Shown piece by piece: positions 1 to 10,800 of a stretch of 33,223 bases of DNA. The position numbers were made by a program, and so were the translations under genes. The DNA is from Catajapyx aquilonaris. Taxonomy: Eukaryota. Where the stretch lies: NCBI GenBank assembly GCA_000934665.2, contig JYFJ02004288.1:1-33223 (forward strand), given 5' to 3'. Numbering within the stretch: position 1 is the first letter of the stretch; every line of letters begins with the position of its first letter. The notes below the pieces were generated by a model, which saw only the letters and a list, made by a program, of their open reading frames with translations, was not told the origin of the DNA and did not search any database.

Positions 1-79
1 GATAATCTTAATGGAAACTTTTTATCACATCCTGTGTATAACCCCACCACTCCATTTTTTGGGGGTGTCCCAATATTTT

Positions 80-520
80 CAGATCAGGGCAAGTATTAAT
101 ACTACACTTCCTGACATTTTTAAAGTGATGGTCCAATTTCCCAGTATCGAGAGAAAAGGTAATTTTCCCTTATTCAGCCAAGTTGTTCAACAGAAGCTTT
201 CAGGTAAGGTCATGGAATATTTTGGAAGCAGCTCAATGCGAAGGTGCTCTGGATAGGGTAGCGGCTGTGCTGAAGCATACTTCAGATTGACTCCTATCAC
301 ACAGTACTGATATACCAGATGCTAAGGCTTTCTATACAGAGTTTTGTAAAGTGGAAAGCAAGGCAATGCTTTTTTTTTGGTGAAAAATGAGGATGTGAAT
401 GCCACACAAGAAAAATTAGGTTCAGAGATCATGGCCAGGCCATGATGCATTCCAGGAACAATGAAACTGCATCAGCTGGTAATTGTAGAAAAAGGTAAGG
501 TGTGTGTGAGAGATCTAACA
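80..520 (+). pseudogene. Degraded DNA-transposon transposase fragment (Sola-like DDE, tentative)
   Basis: Translation across frameshifts and stops gives HF*SDGPISQYR..GNF..SWNILEAAQCEGALDRVAAVLKHTSD*LLSHSTDIPDAKAFY..IPGTMKLHQL. This resembles the SDGxxxQY..HGKGxxDGxGxxxKR..IxGT pattern of such transposases. The superfamily assignment is from memory. Confidence 0.55.
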
Positions 521-1360
521 ACAAAAAGCTTTGACTGTCAACTCTGTAACACATCTTTCACCCTGTCACAACAGTGTTTAAAGGTTATTGCAGAGGTGTA
601 TATGATCAATTATCATGTAAGTCACACTACGTAAGAATTCATGAAAATGTAATTTCCATATGTGATAAGCCACTCTTGCAAAAATTTGTGAATGTTAATT
701 GCCACTGACTATACTAAAATGCCAATTATTATTCAACGAATATACACCAAATTTTTAAACTCCAAAATTAACCCTAACCCTTTACACTATACTAAGCCTA
801 CTTCAGCAGTGCAAAGTTCTTCCCCCACTGCTACCAATAATAGCATGCCTATAAAATCTAATAGATGCTTTACAGGGTTAACATTTCTCATTGACATTGT
901 TGATGTTTTTCATTGTCATTTGCGACATATGAGTTGTGCCGCATGCATCAATAAGAAATGAGCCAGTTCTGGAAAAATCATCCACGTCCACAATCACATT
1001 CTAGCAGACTGCCATTGAGATACACATCCATGGGAAAGAGGCAGCTGGTTGCCTTCTGGAAACTGCTTGTAACAGTGGGAAAGACATTATGATGTCCGAG
1101 GTCATGGCTGTAATCGTGCATGGTGAGTGTCTGAATTCAACTCCCCTTACCAGCTCGTCATGCTGAGAAATGACATTTTGGGATTCTATTATATGATTAC
1201 TCTATGATGAAACTGATGTTTTAACATAATCCCACACAGCTTGAATAGTGTGAATAGTTATAATGTAGTTTTCAATAAGTAGTGTACACAACTATGCGAT
1301 ACACAATTTAAATTATAGCCAGTCAGGCTAACTGTGGAGAGGCCTCAAGGCAATAAGTTG

Positions 1361-1404
1361 GTTCTACTGGATTTTACTGGATTCTACTGGAGGTTACTGG
1401 ATTT
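1361..1404. repeat. 10-bp tandem repeat (TTCTACTGGA-like) x4
   Basis: ttctactgga ttttactgga ttctactgga ggttactgga. Confidence 0.7.
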
Positions 1405-1723
1405 TGTCAGCCACACCCTTCAGTGGGCCAACCACCTATGACTATACCTGGACTTGCCATTATGCATCCTGCACATTGTTGACCTAGCTGTTGCAGATTT
1501 GAAATGGTTGCTCCACATGTATAGAGGGATCCATCTCACATGTTGTTCTGGAACTCAGTCACCTGTGATATAAGAAAGTAAAACCTGAGATATGACTTAA
1601 CGCTTTCCAACCATAGTAAGCATAAAATTAGTCATTAATTCAATTACGTTCAACCCATGCCAGTGCAGCCTTCCTTTTTTCATGCTGAGCAACTGAGAGC
1701 TGAGCTACTCAAAAGTTTGATCT

Positions 1724-2086
1724 TGTTTTTTTGGTTTTTTGGTGGTATTATTCTGTGATAGGGCCGGAGGCCCTCTCAGAGGGAACGGCACCTGAAGAAA
1801 ATCACAAAAAATTGAATGGAAGATATCTTCCATTCAATTTTTTGTGATTTTCTTCACACTCCGTGCAAGGAAGGACATGGGGATAAGGATGGGGATTTTT
1901 GGGGAGGTGACACAGGTGCAATGTCTGAAAATGGGTCATGTGCAGTCTCCCTGTAGGTTAGGTTGCCAGACACCTCCAAGGCGCAGGTCAGAGATTCCCT
2001 GACACAGGCAAAAGGGAACTCCCGGGCGGGGTTTGAACCCAGAACCTTTCGCACAGCAAGCCGGGACATTACCACCCCGCCTCCCC
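1724..2086 (-). mobile_element. tRNA-derived SINE interrupted by a 64-bp palindrome
   Basis: The minus strand begins GGGGAGGCGGGGTGGTAATG, has B-box GGGTTCAAACCC, and ends GGGCCTCCGGCCCTATCACAG followed by an A-rich tail. Confidence 0.7.
1793..1856. repeat. Perfect 64-bp palindrome, no spacer
   Basis: TGAAGAAAATCACAAAAAATTGAATGGAAGAT followed directly by its reverse complement. Confidence 0.95.
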
Positions 2087-2150
2087 AGAAGTTCCCATTT
2101 CAGGTATCAATTTTTCATACTAAGGTGCATGCTGCTGAGGTTAATTCTTA

Positions 2151-2454
2151 GGCCTCTTTCACATGAGGCCACCATGGACGCGCCGCTGCATAAATTTGGC
2201 TAACTCTTCTCTGGCCGTGTGTTGCAGATTTGTTCACCACAGCAGACATGCCACCAGCCAAGTTATAGTCTAAAAATGCAAGTCAGGCAGCACGAAAAGT
2301 CGCATCTTGTGTGAAAGGATTCATATGATTAAATGCAAAGATGTGGCAGCGCAGCCAGTTGGCGGCGTCAAAAATCGCCCTGCCTGCCACCAGTATTTCT
2401 GGTGGTGTTCTGGCGGCACAACCAAGGATGCAGCCACCATCACATGTGAAAGGC
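2151..2454. mobile_element. MITE, PIF/Harbinger-like
   Basis: TIRs GGCCTCTTTCACATG ... CATGTGAAAGGC, with TTA on the left flank and GC-rich internal subrepeats. Confidence 0.55.
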
Positions 2455-2458
2455 TACT

Positions 2459-2767
2459 CTTTCTTTCTTTTTCTTTCCTTTTCCTTTTTCTTTTGTGATA
2501 CCCATTGCCACCACTTATGAGGTATTGGGGGGGGGGGGNACTAATTGCCCCAAGCAATATTGATGTAGTTCAATATTAACTGGTGCCTTGGACGAAGCAC
2601 CCGGGCCCACGGGCAGGGTATGTCAAGCATCACCACCCTAGACGTAGCCAGAGACGACCCAACTCTGCACGAGATAAAGGGGGGAAAGCCCGGGCTGGGG
2701 ATCGAACCCGGGACCCTTATATCCATGGACACATATGTTACCGCAGCGCCACTACGTCTCCCAAAAG
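2459..2767 (-). mobile_element. tRNA-derived SINE with 13-bp target-site duplication
   Basis: A-box-like TGGCGCTGCGG, B-box GGTTCGATCCC and an A-rich tail. Flanked by the perfect direct repeat GTGAAAGGCTACT at 2446-2458 and 2768-2780. Confidence 0.8.
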
Positions 2768-3534
2768 GTGAAAGGCTACTTGCAGCAATGCAAGGACATA
2801 GTAGCCGCGCCACCACTACAGGGCTGGCAATAATAACCTGGAGTTTGTCGTCAACGGAGTGACCAGTGAAGCATGACAGATACCACGACCACCACTACAG
2901 GGCTGGCAGGGCTGATGATTGGCTGTGAGGTGCGTGGGTGGGAGGTGGGGAGTGGGACAGTGGGTGACCGAGGGTGTGAGGGGGAGCTGTGAGGCTCCCC
3001 TAGGGGAGGAGTCGGGTCGTCGGGGGCAGTGGGAGGCTGTGGGTGGTGGAGGTGATCGCAGCGCTTGTCTATCGGCCGGGTGGGGTAACTATCCGGGGGT
3101 GTTTGAGGATACACTTAATTTTTTATCTCGAAAACGGCTCGGAAATTCGCGATTATGAGGATTTTAGGCAATAGTAATTATGTGGCAAGGAATCCAACGG
3201 TGTAACTCCCGAGGTTTCTGCGACGCCGGGAAGTGCGAAATCTTTTCCATCCTCCTCCTCCTCCTATATCCTCCTCGGATAGAGGCTTCATACAGGGTGT
3301 TTCAGAGTCACGGTTAAGCGCGCGCAAGGGGGTGGGGAAAAATCGTAGGTGGTGACAACCCAGGTCAGTTTTATAAAACAATTAGAAATACGGCAGGAAT
3401 CAATTTATTTATTACGGCAGTATGGCGTGACGTCACATCCTTTCTGTTCGAATTGAGTGGCGCGGACTGGCAGGTTGAACCTGGTTGAACGGCTTTTTAG
3501 CCTTGCGGGTTGCACTGGAAAAGGCGCCCTCATA

Positions 3535-3736
3535 CTACACCGGCAGGGTACTGAACAACTTTGTACAGTACCCTGCTGGTGTAGCATGGGATCCGCGCTG
3601 AAGGTAGGGCTGTATCCGCTGAAGATAGGGCTGAATCCGCATGGAAGGAAGATTAGGTTAGGTAACCTAACCCAACCTAACCATCCTTCCATGCGGATAC
3701 AGCCCTATCTTCAGCGTGTACAGCCCTACCTTCAGC
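3535..3736. mobile_element. Hairpin plus fold-back element with 21-bp subrepeats and a central (TTAGG)/(CCTAA) tract
   Basis: Imperfect hairpin at 3535-3584. Inverted arms at 3597-3736: GCTGAAGGTAGGGCTG..GCATGGAAGGA / TCCTTCCATGC..CAGCCCTACCTTCAGC. Confidence 0.65.
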
Positions 3737-6042
3737 AGATACACGCCTATTCTTCAGCAGATACCTAGGAGAGTAGCTATGAAAATACAGGGATTCCAGT
3801 AACAAATTTGTAGGCCTATTTGTAGGTCAGCATGTACCCTTACACCAATTTTACATCTTATTACACAGATATGGCCAAAGGACCCACCATTTTGTAGGCT
3901 ATTTAGTCGAATTTATGTTTAAATGTGCCTATCCAGATCATAGTGAGCGGATGCATCATTTCTCGCAAGCAGCTGCCTTTTGTACCCACCCAACCCGCAA
4001 TAAGGTACATGGAATCTACGGAACCGTATCGTTATAATATACAGTACTGTATCGCCACAAAATACAGTAGCGTATCGGCAGGGATCTCACCTCACCCGCA
4101 ATAGTATTGATCCGTGTGCTACCATTGGTATACAACATGGCTGTCGCAAAGCGGAATCGGAAAATAGGATGCAGCGTGTATGGTTGAAATGTCTGTAACT
4201 CCTGTTCTACACGGTTGTTTGAGCTCAAATTGCTTTTCCGCCACTTGCGAAAGTCAGCACTAGGTCCCTAAGCACTTACTTTAACAGTAAGTACTACTGC
4301 GAACGCTGTACGTCGTGCCCACCTAAACTAGATAATTACCCCGCCTGATGTGTGTGTGTGTGTGTTTTTTTTTCAGTGGCATGGAAAAAAAAGTGTCCTG
4401 GTGGGACAAGTACGTCAAAGTCTAAAATTACAAAAAGACTTGCTCTTTCATACGTATATGTCAGTTGGAGTTTTTGTAGTGAAGCTTAAAGTTGCAAATT
4501 ACTTTTTGACTCGCCTTGTATGTACCATGGCTTGGATTAAGACTTTTGGTACACATTTGGTTAACATTACACAAATCACTGGCCTGAATTGACATCACAC
4601 AAAAGTACAACCATCCGTCACATGCTACTGCTTACCCATTACGCATCTATCCAGTGGACATTTCATCGCAACAGATCCACCTAGAAGTCCGGCAGCAGGC
4701 TGGCCGCACACTAGAAAATTATACAAAAATTAACACATTCACCAATATTACCCACAAGTACACGTTTTTATACTGTACATGTCCCAGTGCAGTGTTTATC
4801 GGCCGCATCGGTCTTGGTCGGATGCTCCATGTATAGCTTGTAACTATGGGTGTGCCTCTGGGAGAGCATCTGTGTGATTACGTCAAGTTCGTATTCTTTC
4901 TAGAAGTGGTATCCTTCACGTCCAACCTGTAGGCCGTGATTTTCCGAAACCTCGCACCGGCCTGTGTTTCGGCAATCTCGCATCTCTAAAGCCAGTCCTG
5001 TACTCTCGATTTGAAGCAGCTTTCGACAGATCTTGTGCATCAGGGCCAGCCAACCCCGCCATCACTACTTCTCCGGTCACCAGCTCAATTTCCGGACAAA
5101 ACCGGCCAAAATTCCCGTACTCGTAACGGTTAGGCCCGAATATGGGAATTGGGAAGAAGTCGATGCTTGGGGAAAAGAAAAGAGGGAGAGGAAAGAGGGA
5201 TTAGAATTTCCAAGCCTCGTACACAAGCAGAGATTATGTGACCAATAACCTCAAAATGCATAGCCTAAAATTACCTTAGCTATAATATTATGGTACAGCC
5301 CATTTTAAAAAACTGCCAGACTAAAATTAATAGTTAAATGTGCGCCAACTGGCGGATGAAACACTACTTAGCGGTCGGCTTTGATTGGCAGGTGACGTCA
5401 CGCTTCTAAGCCACCTCCTTCCTTCCCGATTCCCGCCATTTATAAACAACAGGGAGCAATGGAAACCAACAGAACTGTTGAATACGTTTGAACCTTGGTT
5501 TGAACTGTACTCGAACAACATTGTCAACGATAACAGCGTTGAAGAGAAACCATGGGCCCTGGTCTGCGATAGTGAAGGTGGCGGAAGAGCAATCTTAGCA
5601 GTGAATAATGAAAAAGGCAGTTAAGCATTTTGAGCCAATGATATTTTATTACTTCGAACCAAGTTTGTCACAAGGAAATTTGGGTGACGCCATTACTATC
5701 GTTTAACCATACGTTTATGTTGCAAAATAAACTTAAATATTTATCTGAATATAAAGAATAGTCTATGTGTTCAGTTACCTTACCAAATAGCGGGCAATTG
5801 ACATCACCATTGTTTTCAGTACTAAGGAAGTCACAATGACAATAATGATGTCAATTGTAGACGCTGACACTCTCCTCCACGTCAAGGACGTCAGTGACAT
5901 CAACGGGCAACCCGGGCAACCAATCTGTGAGTATAGACTAGCCTACTCTACAAGCTTATGTAGGCTACTGTACCAGCTCTTGACTGTTACTTATTAGTAA
6001 TTAGTCGTATACATCTGAGTGTAAGCACGTGATGATCTAAAT

Positions 6043-6199
6043 CAGCGGTTCTTAACCTGGGGTACGAGCAAGGTGCACCTCTGGACTTACAGTTAGTCTA
6101 ACTATGAGCTTAATCAATCAACCCTGGTATATAGGGAGTGCGACAAGGACCAACTGTCTTCATAGGGGTGCGGAGGCCCGACAAAGTTAAGAACCCCTG
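6043..6199. mobile_element. hAT (Charlie-like) MITE
   Basis: TIRs CAGCGGTTCTTAAC / GTTAAGAACCCCTG, with perfect 8-bp TSD ATCTAAAT at 6035-6042 and 6200-6207. Confidence 0.9.
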
Positions 6200-6638
6200 A
6201 TCTAAATAATATACGATGAGGGTAGCTATATTATCAAAGGCACTGATGGAACTGATAATGCGTATTAAATGAACGTTCTGGCTCTGTCATGTACAGATAT
6301 AACCGAGTCACTCCACTCGATGATTCGGTATTCAGTGGAATGTGACAAATGATGCCTCTGAATAATCAGTATTTATTACAGTTATAAGAACAGGGCCTTC
6401 TATATAGCCTCAATTCTAGTCCTCATTTTTCAGTTATAACTTAATTAAAATTTAAGATAATCTCCCAAAAATGCCAGCTTCATTACATTGTATTTGGTTG
6501 CACTGTGTCAGTAGACTTTCTTGGCTGGAAGAGATTACAGAAAAGTTTAAAAAATCAGATCGCTGTTAAAAATCAACCTGAAATGAAATTTACAAACGAA
6601 AAAAGTTTTCTGTTGTGCAACCTGCTCATATTTAACAA

Positions 6639-6758
6639 CTAGCAGCGGAGCCCGCTCTTCGCACTGCCCGTTTCCGTGGTTTGCTTTTTGCTACCGTAGC
6701 CATGGAAAAACCAAACATGCTGGACAAACAAACCAACAAACTTTGGCCTTTCATATAG
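6639..6758 (-). mobile_element. Short non-autonomous Helitron-like element
   Basis: The minus strand starts CTATATG and carries a (TTTG)n tract. It ends with a GC-rich segment GCGAAGAGCGGG and a terminal CTAG followed by T, the layout of small arthropod Helitrons. Confidence 0.5.
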
Positions 6759-7869
6759 CTTACACGGGAATAATTGATAAATAAAGTTATTCAGTAAATG
6801 AAAGAAGTTCAAAAAATATGCATTTTCACTGAGCAAAGTCAGACAATCATGATGTGTCATTGTTGCAGGTTCACCGGAGAGATGGCTTTGAACATGTGTC
6901 ACACGTGTACGTATGTCATCTTGTGGCGTAAATGAGGGTGTGCAGCAGCCAGTACTTTTATGGATTTATGAAATTAGGCAATATATTCAATCCAACAGAC
7001 AGTATGTTGTTGGACCTCGTACAGTACATATCTACGTTATATATGGTTGAATTTAAAGGGTACATTTTGATAATTATTTTGAAAAATTATCAAGAAGTTG
7101 CAAAATAATTATTGCTGAGAAGAGATAACAAACATGGGTCTCCGTTGGAATGTGTGTAACAGTGTACAGCTAAATATGTAGAGCAAGAATAAAGTACAGC
7201 ATAACAAAGATCAATAGAAGACAAAGATGGGAACCCATACCTCCGATGCAAATATTTTGCCGTCCAGCCGCCATACCGATGAGTTCAGATATTGAATAAT
7301 TTACTGAATAATATATTATATTGTTGACCAAAGGGTAGTGCTTTAGAACACTCTTTCCACTGACAAATAAACTTCTTGTGTTGCAGCAAATATTAGTACC
7401 GTATTACTTTGACATATTTTATTATTGCTGTCACCTGGGGCGGCCGAAGAAGCGGGAACATATGGGCTGACCCGGCCTGTGATAGGCCCTACAAAACAGG
7501 CCGATAAAATCAAAATCAAAAGCATGATAATGATGATGAAATGCCCTACAGAAATCTCACCAAACAAATCGGTACTGGTTCTGTAGAAGTTTATGTGCAA
7601 CATGCCAGTATACACATTCAAAAAACTGTGAAAATGAAAACAACTTCTCTTTCATGACTCCTTTGCGGATTATACACTACTGTATAAAGTGCTCATTATT
7701 GAACACATTTTTTGCTTAAAAATTGATATTGAAAATCTTCGACTTGTCACTAATAATTCTTTATCCCTCGTGCGTAAATTATTATTTACTTCTAATATTG
7801 CAAAACTCTGCATGTGTTTTCTCTACAATATTATGGATAAGTCGGTCTTGCTACTGTATAATGTTACAG

Positions 7870-10800
7870 TTACTCTTTCTTTGATTTTCTTTTGAATAAC
7901 ATTGACAATATGCAGACAAATGATCGAATCAAGAAGTATAGCAGACCAAGGATCACAAAGGCAACTAGGGCAAACACCAACATAACGTCGAGGAGGTAGA
8001 GCTGATATGATGGAAGCTGTCTGGAAACTGGTCTTAAATGAGGAGCTCCTTGGTGACGAAGAGCAAATTCCGTCCAAAAAATAGCTCTCTCCATGGGGGG
8101 ATCTGGCTGGTCCCGAAAAATTTTGGATCGGTACTTCATATTTTGTTGAAAACTGTAAAAAAAAAAGTGAATGCTTATTGGTCTTACACTATTCTAATCA
8201 CCTGACGGGATGAGAGTTAAAACGGTATTTTTTTTTGTACCTGGGATCTGTTGTAAGTCGTCGAAGAGCATCCAAGACCTTAGACGACGTCACAGTGGCA
8301 ATATCCATTTTTATTCCGAACCCAAATTGATTCGCAACACCTGCGTTATATTCCTGGTCCCAGAAGAACGGAAACGAAAGGACAGGAACACCGTGGTACA
8401 GAGTTTCCATCGTACTGAAGAGACCACCGTGTGAGATGAAGGCTTTGATTCGGGGATGGCCTTGAAAGAAAAATAAAGTTGCGATGCTGTTAGGAAGAGT
8501 GAAGTTTGTGACCATATGAAGACCTCGGGGGAAGAACGATCAAGGTCCACTTTTTGTCAAAAAGATAGTTTCACTAGAATAGAATATGATGGTTTGGTCG
8601 TGGTTGTGGAGTAATGATCATATATAGGTCACTATGGAAGGCCCTGAAAGTGGGATTTACAATATAACCTTATGGTCCTTCGAAATTTGAAATTGGAATA
8701 TCTCAGTTTCACCTGAGATGGACCTTGATTGTTCTTACCCCGAGGTCTTCATATATAGCTTATTCGTCATGGATAAGTACTAATGTCATAAAGTCATAAG
8801 TGCGCAAGGAGGATGTCCTCATCAGACACTACGCAGAGTACAACACTTGTTGCACCTCTTTTGCGTACAGTAGGCTACACTTGAAACAGGTTCTTACTGG
8901 ATCATTATCTTTGTCCACATCAAGTGCTGCAAGTGTCAGATCTCTTCTTTGAGACATATATATTTGTTGACGTTTCACCATGTTTTCTGATAGACGCCTC
9001 AACATACCATTGTCAATTTTTAAACATTTCAGTCGTGATGTTTGCCCAAATCTTTCACTATGGTTTGTTTTTGTGGACAGGCTTCTCTTTAACTAGCCCC
9101 ACCGTGGGGCTCATTATTATCTTGATATATCTAAAGAGCTGTGCCCCCCCCCCCCTCCCAAGGTCGTCACACTTAACATCAGCGGATTACTTCTTGTGTG
9201 GCTATTTAAAATAACGTGTCTACAAAAACAAACCACGAAGGATCTTCGGGTAACAATCATGGCCGAATAATTTTAAAAAATCGACAAATATACAGTAATA
9301 GTATATGTTGAGGTGCTGTGTATCAGAAAATGTGAGCAAATGTGTCTTGAAAAGGAGGGCGGACACTTAAGTAGCACGATGTGATGGCGAGTCATTCTCT
9401 CATTCTTACACTCTCATTTTCATATACCGTAACTTACAAGGGAATGACCAACCAAGGGTGGTATCCTTCGATTTGGCTGAAACTTGCATGAGGGGTCAAT
9501 CATGTGCCATAAACACAGTGGTGAAAGTCCTAGATTTCCGTTTTCAGCCATTTCCGAGATATGAGCGACAGAAGCGTGGACAGAGTATCCGAATTTTGGC
9601 CGCTCGTACAGGAGTCTGGCGGGAAAGAGACAATGTCGACAAGGTGCAAGGCCCCGGCCAAAATCGGATGCTTATGTTGCTCATATCTCGGAAACGGCTG
9701 AAAACGGTCACTTAGGACTTTCACCATTGTGTTTATGGCACATGATTGACCCCTCATGCCAGTTTCAGCCAAATCGAAGGCCACCCTTGGCCATTCCCTT
9801 GTTAGTTATACGTTACTGTTTATTAAGTCGATCGCACGACCTCTTAAAAAAGTGGGACTTCACGCTGATACACCATGTAGGCCTACCGGTATGCAAGCTA
9901 CAAGTACTATCGGGTGCAAATACTTTTGGCTACTTTATCCTGGTCTTGAAGCAACCCTTCACACGCACACACACACACACCTCCTTAATGTGGGGTCTGT
10001 GCGAAGGGTTGCTTCAAGACCGGGATAAAGTGGCCAAAAGTATTTGAACCCGCCATTTCTAGATAATTTCAGTGGCCCAAAATGGTTTTACCTAAAATAT
10101 CCTGTTGAGGCAGCCAGTCTACCAATTTCACATTAGGTGGAGCTCCTACTTCCTCGTTGGTAACAGGCTTATCCCATTTGACCAAGAAACGTTGAGGTAG
10201 CTGGGCAAAGGCTTTGAAAAAATTCTCTCTGATGAACTCCCCACTTTTTTGAAACTTAACAACTGTTCCAAAACTGAAGTATATGAATCCATCTTCCCCA
10301 GAAGAGTCGACAAAATCAGCTAGGTCCTTTAAAAAAGATGGAAACAAAAGTGTTAACGGGAATGGTAAGTCATCATAATTATGATCTTAACCCTTCCAGT
10401 CTGGTCACACTGGGTAACATACCCACTAGGGTTTTTTTTCTCATGGTGTCGCATATAAAAGTGACCCAAGTTGGTAAGTTACCCATATAGTGAGCAGACT
10501 ATCAACAGTGGATTGGTAAAGAACTTGCCTTTGGGAGAGGCTTTGGATCTTGGCAATGAACACACCCGATGGATATGACGTTAGGAGGGTATGATCTCGG
10601 ATATTCCAGGCTGACATCTCGGCAGCTGAGAATTAGGCTGACATTTCTGTCAATGTCTTTCAGAGGAGGAGTGTCATCTTTGATGTACAATGGCTTCAGC
10701 TTTTTCTCTAGGTCGGGAATTATAATATGATCTTTGAGATAATTCCACCCTAGTACTTTGAGGGTGTTTGAAGCTCTTTGCCAGATGGTCATTCTGTCTC

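Larger units (their letters stand above)
5780..7525 (-). pseudogene. Probable decayed gene for a secreted leucine-rich-repeat protein
   Basis: Signal-peptide exon 7525-7435 (MLLILILSACFVGPITG) is followed by in-phase mini-exons 7303-7241 and 7169-7134. Downstream lie LRR-like fragments broken by stops and frameshifts: LTLLSENAYFLNFFHLLNNFIYQLFP, NQIQCNEAGIFGRLS*ILIKL*LKN, IISSISAFDNIATLIVYYLDH. Confidence 0.45.

Noticed and set aside
5383..5400. CCAAT box plus CRE (TGACGTCA); another CRE at 3428-3435
   Set aside because: Short motifs with no securely linked transcription start.
9458..9784. Two similar ORFs on opposite strands
   Set aside because: They are mirror translations of the MITE inverted repeats; the same applies to the ORFs at 17418-17780.
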